DNA of 64,000 nt, taken from positions 1 through 64,000 of IMG/VR virus record IMGVR_UViG_3300000970_000001. The stretch is one strand, 5' to 3'. Below are positions 9,986-19,993 of this stretch, piece by piece (positions within the stretch are counted from its first letter, which is position 1; each line of letters opens with the position of its first letter). This DNA is from a virus. The notes beneath the pieces are model-generated. The model saw nothing but the letters and a program-made list of their open reading frames with translations. It was not told where the DNA came from and searched no databases. A program made the position numbers and the translations under genes.

Positions 9986-10456
9986 ATGAAAGAAGAAATT
10001 ATGAAATGTATAGTTGAAACTACAGGGAGTTTCATGTTGCTTAATACAACAATGGAAGCAATCCCTTCACAAAGACCTTGTGTCACAACAATGAATACTT
10101 TTGTGAACATAGCCATCAATGAGAAAAAACTTAAAGTATTAGCTCGTAACTTGCCTCGTAAGGCTAGTGACACAGAGTTTCTTGAAGGCTATATCGCTTT
10201 AGAAAAAGACGGAAAGCAAGCTGCTGCTGCTTATTGTGCCGAATTTGGTTTAACTATTGATGGTGAGCCTCTTGATGATGTTGAAGTAGAAACAGAAACA
10301 CAAAAGGAAGAGAAAGAGGAAAAAGAAGATGCAGATACAGAACCCGCAACTGAAGATTCCAAAGAATCCACTACTGTTGATGTTGCTGATGAAGCAAAAG
10401 AAATTAAAGCAGAAAAGCCAAAAGGCAAACAAGGTAAAAAATCTAAAAAAGGATAA
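9986..10456 (+). CDS. hypothetical protein with an acidic, Lys-rich C-terminal tail
   Basis: The track ORF 9956-10456 begins inside the terminator, so ATG 9986 (MKEEIMKCIVE...) is preferred. Confidence 0.45.
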   Translation: MKEEIMKCIVETTGSFMLLNTTMEAIPSQRPCVTTMNTFVNIAINEKKLKVLARNLPRKASDTEFLEGYIALEKDGKQAAAAYCAEFGLTIDGEPLDDVEVETETQKEEKEEKEDADTEPATEDSKESTTVDVADEAKEIKAEKPKGKQGKKSKKG

Positions 10457-10463
10457 TGATTAA

Positions 10464-11192
10464 GTGCAGTATGTTTTAAAAGATACTGACGCAAGCTTTC
10501 ATTTAGATTTTCTATTAGATGGAAACCTTGTTGTCCCTGATACATCATCTGTTAGATTAACTCTTACAGAGCCTGATGGAACAGTACTAACAGGTTATAA
10601 CGATATTAGTCTCTCTCCTACTGTAGGAGAGAGCTTCGTTGTGTTTGAAACAACAGCTCTTGCAAACTCTAAAAGTAATGACTATGAACTTAGACAAGCT
10701 AGAGTAGATTATACTGTAGATACTAGACCTTTTACTCAATTTTTAAACTATAGAATAGTCGATAGAATTAACTTACCTGTTAATCCAACTGATGTTAGAA
10801 AAGTTTTAGGTATATCGGATGACGAATGGCCTGATTCTAATGTTGATATTGTAGATGCTTACTCTAAAGTTCAGCTTGAAGAAACTCTTGATGGTGTAGA
10901 TACAGAAGCTATATTGAATGGTGGGACTGCATTGGTATCATATTTAATTGAAGCTATTAAATTAAAAGCTGCTATTGATATTCTACCTGTTTTAGAACTT
11001 GTTGCTACTCAGAGTCAACAAGCTGATAATGTTTCTTTCAGACGTTTTGAAAAAGTTGACTTTCCTTACATAAGGAAAAACCTTATGGACAGATACTCTA
11101 TAGCTATATCACAAACTGTAGGACAGGCTGATATTACTCTTACGTTAGCAACTACTGGTGTAGGTACAGATGCGGTGACTGGAGACGGTTAA
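10464..11192 (+). CDS. hypothetical head-tail connector module protein
   Basis: 242-aa ORF with a GTG start, in a co-oriented gene run between capsid and tail genes. Confidence 0.45.
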   Translation: MQYVLKDTDASFHLDFLLDGNLVVPDTSSVRLTLTEPDGTVLTGYNDISLSPTVGESFVVFETTALANSKSNDYELRQARVDYTVDTRPFTQFLNYRIVDRINLPVNPTDVRKVLGISDDEWPDSNVDIVDAYSKVQLEETLDGVDTEAILNGGTALVSYLIEAIKLKAAIDILPVLELVATQSQQADNVSFRRFEKVDFPYIRKNLMDRYSIAISQTVGQADITLTLATTGVGTDAVTGDG

Positions 11193-11728
11193 TGAAACTT
11201 AAGAATGTAGGGTTAAAGTTTAGAGACAAATATAAAATTATGAATGGCCAGACTTTCTTTGGTCAGATACTAGACATACCTGATACATCAAGAGTAAGTA
11301 ACTTTTTATCCGCTCGTAGGTATCTTAGGGTACATATCGGTACTAATGTTCAGTCTTCTAACGTGGCTATCATAGAAAATGATAAATACATTGTTGGAGA
11401 ACATGGTACAGGATTCTTTAGAAATCCTATTTACAAGCATTTTAAGCTTTTCTTAGTAGATCAGCAAAGAGCTTGGATAAGAAATTATGAAACTGAAGAC
11501 CTTGTAACAGGTGTTAAAAAGAAGTCCTCGGAATTAAACTTAGGAGTGGTACATATATCTGTACAACCTAAGTCAGATTTACAGGACTCTATACTTGTAC
11601 AAACACCTAGACATACCATTGTCTGTGATAAGGAAATAAAAGTAGACGATAAATTAGGAGAAGACTGGGTTGTCACAAAAGTTGATCCACAACTTGGATT
11701 ATATGTGGCTGAAGTCAAGGAGGGCTAA
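11192..11728 (+). CDS. hypothetical head-tail connector module protein
   Basis: 178-aa ORF with a start/stop overlap (TAATG) with its neighbour. Confidence 0.45.
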   Translation: MKLKNVGLKFRDKYKIMNGQTFFGQILDIPDTSRVSNFLSARRYLRVHIGTNVQSSNVAIIENDKYIVGEHGTGFFRNPIYKHFKLFLVDQQRAWIRNYETEDLVTGVKKKSSELNLGVVHISVQPKSDLQDSILVQTPRHTIVCDKEIKVDDKLGEDWVVTKVDPQLGLYVAEVKEG

Positions 11729-12405
11729 TGACTTTAAATTATCAGAGAGTTATGAATTCTCTTTTTAAAGTCGTTGAAGAGAGTTTTGAAGATACATTTG
11801 AGTCTAATGTAAAAAAGTTAGACAGAGAAGTTAATAAAGCACAATCCAGATTTTTTAAAAAGCTTGTTAATAAGGCTATTGATGTAAAGTCAGCACCATC
11901 TTTAGACGAATATACACCTGTGTGGAAAGCTTTAAATCCTAAATACCTACAGGAAAAGAGAAGATTAGGACAAGGAACTAACTTTTTTAAAAAGACAGGG
12001 GAACTAAAAACGTCTCTATCTTCTTTAAAACCTTTAACGGTGTTAGGTAAGCCAGTTGTTTATTTTAGCCCCTCTGGCCTCTCAGGGACTCCAGGTGTGA
12101 GGGAAACTAGAGAAAGATGGAAAGGTAGCTCTTCTAAGAGAAAGGTGGTCAGAGACAGCCGTGGACGCTTTGCTAGTGCTAGTAATATCCCAAGGTACAT
12201 TAGTGCTTCTATGACTATTGATCCATATCCCAATATTTTAAAAAACGCGGCTTCAGAAATTATTAATGAAAGTGATGTACTTCCTGATAATATTGCTGTA
12301 AAGTTAAAAGCACCAAATGGTAGAAGAGTAAGACCAGTCTTTACTAATTTTTTAAACTGGTTTTTAGAAAAAGAAATAAGAAAAGCCGCAGAGAGAGTTG
12401 TTTAG
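11728..12405 (+). CDS. hypothetical head-tail connector module protein
   Basis: 225-aa basic ORF with a start/stop overlap (TAATG). Confidence 0.45.
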   Translation: MTLNYQRVMNSLFKVVEESFEDTFESNVKKLDREVNKAQSRFFKKLVNKAIDVKSAPSLDEYTPVWKALNPKYLQEKRRLGQGTNFFKKTGELKTSLSSLKPLTVLGKPVVYFSPSGLSGTPGVRETRERWKGSSSKRKVVRDSRGRFASASNIPRYISASMTIDPYPNILKNAASEIINESDVLPDNIAVKLKAPNGRRVRPVFTNFLNWFLEKEIRKAAERVV

Positions 12406-12406
12406 T

Positions 12407-12859
12407 ATGAGCTATGAAAATATACATTTAAATATTAATGCATCGTTATTAAAAGTGTGTAAAGATTTTATTCTGTCAGAAGGCCTTTCAGCAGATTATG
12501 ATGTTTTTGACTTTGACGCTCATGCATCATTAAACGATTTACCAAATAAAGGTTTAATCGGGATTGCTGAGTACTCTTTGGCTGAGGATAGTGACATGTA
12601 TTCAGGTGAGTGTATGATTGTAATATCAACTATGCAAGATGACTTGAACTTGCAAAAATTAAAACCTCTTGTGTCGAAGATGTTTTCAAAATGGAGAACA
12701 GGACAAGAAATAGCAGCTGTTACCGCTGATAACGGAACATTAATAGGTAACATAAAGGTGCATAGTGGTACTGAGGCTCTATCAGTAGCTAGAACTCAAT
12801 CCAGACCTTTACAAATGATAAGTGTTAGTTTTGGTCTGGCAACTGTTTTGTCGCCATAG
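12407..12859 (+). CDS. hypothetical tail completion-region protein
   Basis: The track ORF starts at TTG 12398. ATG 12407, just after the upstream stop, is preferred. Confidence 0.45.
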   Translation: MSYENIHLNINASLLKVCKDFILSEGLSADYDVFDFDAHASLNDLPNKGLIGIAEYSLAEDSDMYSGECMIVISTMQDDLNLQKLKPLVSKMFSKWRTGQEIAAVTADNGTLIGNIKVHSGTEALSVARTQSRPLQMISVSFGLATVLSP

Positions 12860-13016
12860 CGATTTCTAAGTCTTTATCTTGTTCCATAGACATGCACTTT
12901 TTGATCATACGTTCTATTAAAGAACTACGAGTACGATCTTCTAGTTGCATTCTTTGCATAATATACTGATCAATATCCTTAGTTAAGTATATTGTTCTCA
13001 TCTCTTTATTAGCCAT
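12825..13016 (-). CDS. ribbon-helix-helix (Arc/CopG-like) DNA-binding protein
   Basis: 63 aa. The pattern RTIYLTKDIDQYIMQRMQLEDRTRSSLIERMIKK fits beta-strand, helix, helix. It is the only minus-strand gene inside the late plus-strand module and overlaps the preceding gene convergently by 35 nt. Confidence 0.5.
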   Translation of the reverse strand: MANKEMRTIYLTKDIDQYIMQRMQLEDRTRSSLIERMIKKCMSMEQDKDLEIAMATKQLPDQN

Positions 13017-13027
13017 TAGTTACCTTT

Positions 13028-13040
13028 AAATAAGTTATTT
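13028..13040. promoter_or_regulatory. palindrome AAATAAgTTATTT in the divergent RHH / major-tail intergenic region
   Basis: Perfect 6-bp arms seen directly, 12 nt upstream of the RHH start. AT-rich, so chance is not excluded. Confidence 0.25.
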
Positions 13041-13121
13041 CCTATATATAATTTAATACGTTATAAATAATACATCAAGGAATTTTTCTTTGAGTTAAAA
13101 CCTATTTGAAAGGATATTATT

Positions 13122-13880
13122 ATGCCAGGTTTAGCTAAAACTGATGACTTTATGCTTGGTACAGCGACTGTTATGATTGGTCCACAAGCAGATTTGTTTG
13201 ACCTAGGTCCAGACGAGTCAATTGGCTTGGTGAAAAATTTCTCACTAAGTTCTGATCCATCATATACTGATCTAACACAAGGTGTTAAAAACACTCTTGT
13301 TTATTCTGTTCTTACACAGAATACTGTACGAGCAAGTATGGAGACATATGAATTTACTTCACAAAACATTGCCTATGGTCTAGGTCTTGCTGGAACTTAC
13401 ACTAAGAACACTGTAGAGTCTACAGTTGCTTCTGAAGTAACTTCTGGTTCTGATTTTGACGTAGCTGCTGCTGACGGTGCTAATTTTGCTGTTGATGATG
13501 TTGTTATGATTCTAAATGATTCAGAAGACGACTTTGTTATTCGTAAGATTACAGCAATTGCAACTGACACAATCACAGTTAATGTAGCTTTTGGTCAAAC
13601 AATTGCTGCGGGTGCTAAAGTGATTAAAGTTAGTGAATTGGGTGTTGGTTCTAAAACAGAACAACCATTCTATTCTGCTAAAATCGCTGGTAAGCTAGCA
13701 AACGGTGAACCAATCGTTATGTTACTTCCAAAAGTTCGTATTGTTCAAGGTTTCAATGTATCGTTCTCATCTGATGATTACGGTAACATGCCTTTTGAAT
13801 TTTCGATCTATGACCTTGTTTCAACTGATCCTAACTACGCTTACTTTGGCGGGGACTCAGCGAAAATCATTCGTCAGTAA
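13122..13880 (+). CDS. major tail tube protein
   Basis: 252-aa ORF with an RBS-like AAAGGA. It is followed by a terminator, then the chaperone pair and the tape measure. Confidence 0.7.
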   Translation: MPGLAKTDDFMLGTATVMIGPQADLFDLGPDESIGLVKNFSLSSDPSYTDLTQGVKNTLVYSVLTQNTVRASMETYEFTSQNIAYGLGLAGTYTKNTVESTVASEVTSGSDFDVAAADGANFAVDDVVMILNDSEDDFVIRKITAIATDTITVNVAFGQTIAAGAKVIKVSELGVGSKTEQPFYSAKIAGKLANGEPIVMLLPKVRIVQGFNVSFSSDDYGNMPFEFSIYDLVSTDPNYAYFGGDSAKIIRQ

Positions 13881-13926
13881 AATCACTCGCTTATTACTTA
13901 GCTCCCAGTAATAATGCTTGAAGTGT

Positions 13927-13965
13927 AGACCATCCTCGCTTACAGTGAGGGTGGTCTTTTATTTT
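13927..13965 (+). terminator. intrinsic terminator after the major tail gene
   Basis: Stem AGACCAUCCUC/GAGGGUGGUCU followed by UUUUAUUUU. Confidence 0.75.
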
Positions 13966-13985
13966 ATTTACAAGGGAGTATAAAC

Positions 13986-14447
13986 ATGACCAAAGAAGTA
14001 AATATCGTAGTTCCAGACGATACTATCAAAGTAAATGTTAATGGTGCGGACCGTGAGATTTTCATGTCCGCAGGTCTTATGCAGAAAATTGCCATGATTG
14101 CTGAAGCACATGATGATTTTTCATTGATTTATATGGACCCATTAATTCAAGAGCGATGCTTTATTGAGGTTCTTGTGGAACGAGATAACCGAGGTGTACC
14201 TATTGAAGACACATCTGAGTTGTCTATGATGGCGTTTGAAATGAATATGTCGGACTCTAACAAGCTTTCGAAGTGGATTGGCGATCATGCCGTAAATTTT
14301 TTCGTGAGCGGAGCAAGGAACATGAAGAACAGTGTCCAAGCTCAACAGGAGGTGTTCGAGAACTTAACTCAGTCCTTGATTGGTACGAACGCCTCGACCC
14401 AGACGAAGCAATCTGTTGGGCCTTCGACACCACCAGAAGTAGAGTAG
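13986..14447 (+). CDS. tail assembly chaperone (gpG-like)
   Basis: 153-aa acidic ORF immediately upstream of the tape measure. An overlapping -1 frame ORF extends to 14656. Confidence 0.6.
   Translation: MTKEVNIVVPDDTIKVNVNGADREIFMSAGLMQKIAMIAEAHDDFSLIYMDPLIQERCFIEVLVERDNRGVPIEDTSELSMMAFEMNMSDSNKLSKWIGDHAVNFFVSGARNMKNSVQAQQEVFENLTQSLIGTNASTQTKQSVGPSTPPEVE
14297..14303 (+). promoter_or_regulatory. candidate -1 slippery heptamer U UUU UUC
   Basis: In the 0 frame this reads AAU UUU UUC (X XXY YYZ), and the -1 frame is open from here to 14656. No other heptamer was seen nearer the gpG stop. Confidence 0.4.
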
Positions 14448-14656
14448 TCTGTGTCTATTGGAATAATACTTACTTAGACATTAAAACTAGGTTAAAATTA
14501 AGACTCAGTATGGAACATCTAAAAGGTGTTCAACAATATGAAGCAGTTCAACTTTGTATGAAACAGCTCTTTGGGGAGGGGGATAAAAAATCTAATGCTC
14601 CCAAAGACATGGTGGATGCTGAAATTAAACTTAATAACCTATTTGGAAAACAGTAG
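14297..14656 (+). CDS. -1 frame extension giving a gpGT-like chaperone fusion
   Basis: The frame-2 ORF ends 1 nt before the tape-measure ATG, the classical G/GT arrangement. The exact shift site is unverified. Confidence 0.45.
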   Translation, partial: FFRERSKEHEEQCPSSTGGVRELNSVLDWYERLDPDEAICWAFDTTRSRVVCVYWNNTYLDIKTRLKLRLSMEHLKGVQQYEAVQLCMKQLFGEGDKKSNAPKDMVDAEIKLNNLFGKQ

Positions 14657-17600
14657 ATGGTAGATAAGAAAGAAAAGTTAGGCGTTGATTTAGAACTTCA
14701 ACTTGAAGAGCTTAAAAAAGCTCAACAATTGTTTGAAGAGATGAATAATGCCACGAAGCAAATGAATCAAAATTTGCTTCAGACTAAAAAAACTTTTCAG
14801 TCAATTACTAATCAACAACAAAAAATACAGCAAAACCTTGGGACATCCACAGGCTTTGCTGCCAAAACTAACAGCCGAGGCAGTCCTACAGTACAATTTG
14901 CCAATGCTGAAGAAGCTAGAGTAAAAGCTAGTGTTCGTGCTTTTGAAACTGCTGAAGCTCAAAAACTTCGTGCAACACAACAACGGGTTGCTAAAACTGA
15001 CAGTTTAGAGCAGGCCTCTGCTAAGCTAAGGGCGCAAAGAGAAAGACTTGCTCTTGCGTCTGCAGGTCAGTTACCTAGGGATGCTAATGGTAGATTTACC
15101 AGTATTCAAAAAGAGATATCTGCTACAGCTAGACTTGAAGCACAAGTTACCAGACTCAACACAATTGAAAAACAGCGTAATGCAACGCTAAAGCAAACTG
15201 AGTCTATTCAGCGCAGCATCAACAATGGTCGTGCACGACTACAAAATCAACAGCTACAACAGGTAACAAGAGACAACGCCGTATCTCGTGTTTCTGGAGA
15301 CGGTGGGGCATCACTATTTAAAATTCAAGCTCAATTACTAGGTAACTACTTAGTTATGGGTAAGATTTTCGAATTGTTTCAATTTGGTTCACAGTTCGTA
15401 TTGCAACTTGATCAAGCATTTACTCAGTTACAAGCCATCACTGGTACAACTGCTACTGAGATGCAGCAACTTCGTACTGAGCTTATTAGTGTATCAGAAC
15501 AAACTAAATTCACAGCTGTTGAAGTTGCTGAAGCTGCAACTGTATTGGGACAGGCTGGTTTCTCAACAACAGAAATTAAAGAGTCTATTCAAGACGTTAC
15601 ATTATTGGCGACTGCTGTTGGTACTGATTTAAAAACTGCTGTTGACTTAACAACAAGCGTCCTGTCAATTTTCAATCTACGTGCTGAAGAAACAGGACAT
15701 ATTGCTAATGTCCTTACTGGTGCGATTAACAATTCCAAACTTACACTTGATAAACTTACTTTAGGTCTTCAGTTCGCTGGTAACACAGCCGCTCAAGCGG
15801 GAGCTACGTTTGAAGAAACTGTGTCTGTTCTTGGTGCTATGGCAAACGCTGGTATTAGATCAGGTTCTACACTAGGTACAGGTCTAAGACAAGTTCTTGT
15901 TTCGTTCTTAAATCCTACAGCTAAAATGAAGGTTGAGTTAGAAAAATTAGGGTTAACGATGGAAGACATTGATGTAAAATCAAATGGTCTTGTTAACGTA
16001 TTTGAAACTTTAAAGGATGCTGGTTTTGGAGCTGCAAACGCTTTTGGTGGTATGCAAGTTCGTGCGGCTGCTGCGTTCTTAGCCGTGTCTAACAACTTAG
16101 ATGTCGCTCGTGATCTTGAGGAAGCTTTGTTACTTACTAACGCCGCTGCGGCTGCTAATGAAGTTCAAATGACTTCTCTATCTAATTCTTTAGACAGATT
16201 TAAGTCTATTCTTGGTACAGTGATTGTTAATTTCTCAGAACCATTTAAGAACTTTTTAATCTCTAGTATTCAACTATTCGGTGGATTGCTACAAGCCGTA
16301 AATAACTTAGGCATTGTATTGCCTGTTATTGGTACAGCAATGATTGCCTTAGGAAGTGCTGCTTTAATATCTCGTTTTGCTAAATTAGCAACTGGTGTTT
16401 TAGGCCTTGGTGCAGCTTCCAACACACTTGCAGTTGGATTTACTCGTGCCGCTACTTCAGCCACGTTAGCTACAGCAGCCATGGCTAGGCTTAAACTGGC
16501 TGTCGCAGCAATCGGAGGCCCAATTGGTTTAGCTATTGCTGGACTAATTGCCTTTGTACAAACTGTTGGTTTATTAAATCAAAGCACTGAAACTTTAGAT
16601 CAGCTACAAGCAGAGCTTGATGACGCACAAGGTAAGTTTGAAAAAACAGGTCAGAAAGTGGATTCTGTTGACGAGGCTATTGAGAGATTAACTAATAGAT
16701 ACGCCACACTAACTCAAGATTCAAGACAACTTCAAAACGAAGCTCTGAAACTTCAGGTTCAGTTCGGTGAAATGGGTCTTTCTGTAGACGTAGTAGGTGG
16801 TTCTGTTGATAAACTTATTAGTTCATTGAAAGAGCTAAGAGGTGAATTGCTTAAGGGTCAAGGTTTAGAACTCGATGCGGTTCAATCAGGAAGAGTTAAT
16901 CTTTTTGAACAACAACTTAAAGAACTAGATGTACAGAATAAGGGAGGTAAATTAAATTCTCTACTAACTAGAGATAACTTTAATCCTTTCGATAAGATCG
17001 CGTCAAATGAAAATCTATCTGGTGCGTTTGATAAAAACATTACCACTACAAGAGATTCTATTAGTGAGCTAGCTGGTATTAATCTTAATGAATTTACTTC
17101 TACTCAAATAAGAGGTCAGGTTATCAATGAGTTATCGGAAGTTCGTAATGATCTTAACGACCAATTAAACACGGCAGCTAAAGAGCTTTCTGATTTAAGA
17201 AATCGTCAGAAAGAAGGTGAGATTGTTTCTTCAGCTACTTTAGGTTTTGCTGAAGACTTTATCAATAGTTTAAAATCTCAAAAAGCTATTGTTGATCAGA
17301 TTCAAGCAAACGTAGCTCAATATGTGGCAACTATTAGTGAAGCGGATCAAATTAGTTTTGATCAAACAAGCACGGCTGAGGAGTTTAGACAACTAATTCA
17401 AGGGTTTGCTACAGATACTTCTAAGCTTAAAGATGATTTAAAAGGTGTTAAAAATCCTATTGATCGTCAAAAAATTGCTAGTGAGTACTTTGATAACATA
17501 GAAGACATTGAAAAATTCACTACTGAAGCTCTTGTACAACTGGTAGATGTTGTAGAATTAGAAAAAGAACTTGGCAAGAGATTATCTGCTGAGGATATTA

Positions 17601-19144
17601 AACAGTTTATTAAAAATTATCAGGTTCAATTTGCAGGTAAAGTTTCTGAAAGACTTAATGCAACTGGAGCTGTAGATGAAGCAGCTAATAAGTATGTCGA
17701 AGATGAGTTTGAAATCAAGTTAAAACTTCTTGAAAAAGAAAAGAAACTTCTATTAGCTCAGTTAGCCAATACTGATAACTCTAAAGAACGTGGTTCTTTA
17801 GTTAAAAGAATTACTGACCTTATTAACCAGTTGTTTGTTTTGGAGACTAACAAACTGGCTAAGGATGCTTTTAATGAAAGTGACTCAAATAAGCGTGAGT
17901 TAATCAATAAAGATATACAACTAGCTGGCGTTGAAAAAGATACTGAGATTATTAAACTAAACGATAGCGTTAAAAAGTTTGGGGATAAATTCCTAAATGT
18001 TAACGAAGCTTTAGCTAAGGCCACAGATGAGTTGGATAAAATTTCTCAGATAGCTGATAATTCTACCCGTGGTATTGAGCAACAGCTTACCAGAATACAA
18101 GCTGCTATAGGTAACGCAGACGAAAATGGATTGACTAAAGGCCAAGTTTACCGTTTAGAGAGAAGACAAAAAGCTCTTGAGGACGAAGCTTTAGCAGTAC
18201 GTCAAACTGCTTTACAGCAGCAATTAGAGCAAACACAGGCTTTAGTTGATAAAAGAAGAGTTGATGTTCAAGAGTCTAGAGCACGTCTGGGAGACTTTGC
18301 TAAGTCTGATAAAATTAATGAAGTAAAACAAAAAATTCAAGCTTTGGATGAAGCTGAGAAAGCTCTAGTTGACACTCAACGAGAACTTTCAGAGACATCT
18401 GCGGAACTTGAAGGTAACATGGGTAAGGTTGAGGAAGCTGCAGGAAGTGTAGCTGATGACATTAATGCTGCCATTGATGCCTATGCCCGTCAAATAGATA
18501 CTGATCCATTCGAGGTAATCACTGGTTCTTTAGACGCGGCTCAAAGTGGGCTAGCCACATTTTTAACTGACGTTACTTCTGGCACTAAATCTATTAAAGA
18601 TGCCTTTAAAGATATGGCTGTTAGCGTCATAGAAAGCATCCAACAAATAGTAGCTGAGTGGGTGGCCGCACAGATTACTAAAGCTATATTAGGTTCTTTC
18701 GGTTTTGGACTTAACGATGGTGGAAGTGTTAGTGGTGGTTCTAGTATTGGAAGCTTATTAGGTTTTAATGGTGGTGGACAGATTCCTACTGTTAGTGGTC
18801 TTAAACGTGCTAATAACGGTTATGGTATTCCTAACAGAGACTCAGTACCGATTCTTGCAAGACCAGGTGAATATGTACTACGTAACTCTGCTGTAAGCTT
18901 AATTGGTAAGGACAATCTTGATCAGATTAACGGCCTTGGTAATAAACGTATATCACAAGGCGTTGCAGGACCGACTATGAATGAGTCAGGTGGCGACAAT
19001 AGTATTGTTAATGTGTATGTAGTTTCCCCAGATCAAAAACCTTCTATGACTCCTCAAGATGTTATTGTAACGATTACTGATGATCTTGCTAAGGGTGGAC
19101 CAACTAAGAAACTTGTTAAAACAATTCAGATGGGTAAAATATAA
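14657..19144 (+). CDS. tail tape measure protein
   Basis: 1495 aa, with long coiled-coil Q/E/K/L-rich segments and central hydrophobic Gly/Ala-rich segments. It follows the G/GT pair. Confidence 0.9.
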   Translation: MVDKKEKLGVDLELQLEELKKAQQLFEEMNNATKQMNQNLLQTKKTFQSITNQQQKIQQNLGTSTGFAAKTNSRGSPTVQFANAEEARVKASVRAFETAEAQKLRATQQRVAKTDSLEQASAKLRAQRERLALASAGQLPRDANGRFTSIQKEISATARLEAQVTRLNTIEKQRNATLKQTESIQRSINNGRARLQNQQLQQVTRDNAVSRVSGDGGASLFKIQAQLLGNYLVMGKIFELFQFGSQFVLQLDQAFTQLQAITGTTATEMQQLRTELISVSEQTKFTAVEVAEAATVLGQAGFSTTEIKESIQDVTLLATAVGTDLKTAVDLTTSVLSIFNLRAEETGHIANVLTGAINNSKLTLDKLTLGLQFAGNTAAQAGATFEETVSVLGAMANAGIRSGSTLGTGLRQVLVSFLNPTAKMKVELEKLGLTMEDIDVKSNGLVNVFETLKDAGFGAANAFGGMQVRAAAAFLAVSNNLDVARDLEEALLLTNAAAAANEVQMTSLSNSLDRFKSILGTVIVNFSEPFKNFLISSIQLFGGLLQAVNNLGIVLPVIGTAMIALGSAALISRFAKLATGVLGLGAASNTLAVGFTRAATSATLATAAMARLKLAVAAIGGPIGLAIAGLIAFVQTVGLLNQSTETLDQLQAELDDAQGKFEKTGQKVDSVDEAIERLTNRYATLTQDSRQLQNEALKLQVQFGEMGLSVDVVGGSVDKLISSLKELRGELLKGQGLELDAVQSGRVNLFEQQLKELDVQNKGGKLNSLLTRDNFNPFDKIASNENLSGAFDKNITTTRDSISELAGINLNEFTSTQIRGQVINELSEVRNDLNDQLNTAAKELSDLRNRQKEGEIVSSATLGFAEDFINSLKSQKAIVDQIQANVAQYVATISEADQISFDQTSTAEEFRQLIQGFATDTSKLKDDLKGVKNPIDRQKIASEYFDNIEDIEKFTTEALVQLVDVVELEKELGKRLSAEDIKQFIKNYQVQFAGKVSERLNATGAVDEAANKYVEDEFEIKLKLLEKEKKLLLAQLANTDNSKERGSLVKRITDLINQLFVLETNKLAKDAFNESDSNKRELINKDIQLAGVEKDTEIIKLNDSVKKFGDKFLNVNEALAKATDELDKISQIADNSTRGIEQQLTRIQAAIGNADENGLTKGQVYRLERRQKALEDEALAVRQTALQQQLEQTQALVDKRRVDVQESRARLGDFAKSDKINEVKQKIQALDEAEKALVDTQRELSETSAELEGNMGKVEEAAGSVADDINAAIDAYARQIDTDPFEVITGSLDAAQSGLATFLTDVTSGTKSIKDAFKDMAVSVIESIQQIVAEWVAAQITKAILGSFGFGLNDGGSVSGGSSIGSLLGFNGGGQIPTVSGLKRANNGYGIPNRDSVPILARPGEYVLRNSAVSLIGKDNLDQINGLGNKRISQGVAGPTMNESGGDNSIVNVYVVSPDQKPSMTPQDVIVTITDDLAKGGPTKKLVKTIQMGKI

Positions 19145-19533
19145 TGGCTCTACAAACTTTTGATTTTCCTTATCACCTATACGAAACTGTAAACCCTGAG
19201 ACAGGATTTAGGGGGCAGTTTGGTGGTTCGTATGTTTTTACTGCAACACCTGATGCTCCAGATCAACGTCTTTTTAAATTAACTTTCGAGGCTATGAAGT
19301 TTTTTACTAACGAAGATGGTAGTATTAATGTTACATTAGAACCTGAAATAAACATGAAAAGACTTATTGACTTTTATAGTGAGCATAAGTTACATACTAC
19401 ATTTCAATATCAACACCCCATTCATGGTTTAATGGTGGTTAAGTTTAATAAACCTGTTCCAGAACCTAAAGGACTCAAAGGCGGTGGTGGTGTTGTTGAA
19501 GGATTTGAAGTAGAATTAATAGAGATACCTTAA
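19144..19533 (+). CDS. minor tail protein (gpM-like position)
   Basis: 129-aa ORF overlapping the TMP stop (ATAATG); first gene after the TMP, as in lambda. Confidence 0.45.
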   Translation: MALQTFDFPYHLYETVNPETGFRGQFGGSYVFTATPDAPDQRLFKLTFEAMKFFTNEDGSINVTLEPEINMKRLIDFYSEHKLHTTFQYQHPIHGLMVVKFNKPVPEPKGLKGGGGVVEGFEVELIEIP

Positions 19534-19542
19534 GGAGATATT

Positions 19543-19983
19543 ATGCCAACACCTGCAATTTATTACTACGAACAATTTATCACGAACATTGGGGTTAACA
19601 ATGTTAATTTAGTAAGTGATGATTTTAAAATGATCTTAGTAGACGGTTACGTTTACGATTCCACTGATGACGAATTAAGCGATGTTGTTGCTTTTGAAAT
19701 TGCATCAGGAAATGGTTACACCTCAGGGGGTAAAAGTCTGACTAATATTACTTTAGGCTATGATGCCGCTAATAGTCGAACTAGATGGGATGCCGATGAT
19801 TTAACTTGGAACGCCACAGGTGGCCTTATAGGACCTGCTACAGGTGGGATAATTTATTCCAGTACCTCAACAGGTGACAAACTAATTGGTTATTGGGATT
19901 TTGATGACTCAGTCTCCGCTGGTGATGGTACTGACCTTAAAGTAACATTTAATGCAGATGGTTTAGCTTACATTAACGTATAA
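19543..19983 (+). CDS. hypothetical tail-tip module protein
   Basis: 146-aa ORF with RBS AAGGAGA, between the M-like and L-like genes. Confidence 0.45.
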   Translation: MPTPAIYYYEQFITNIGVNNVNLVSDDFKMILVDGYVYDSTDDELSDVVAFEIASGNGYTSGGKSLTNITLGYDAANSRTRWDADDLTWNATGGLIGPATGGIIYSSTSTGDKLIGYWDFDDSVSAGDGTDLKVTFNADGLAYINV

Positions 19984-19993
19984 CAGAGGTTAA

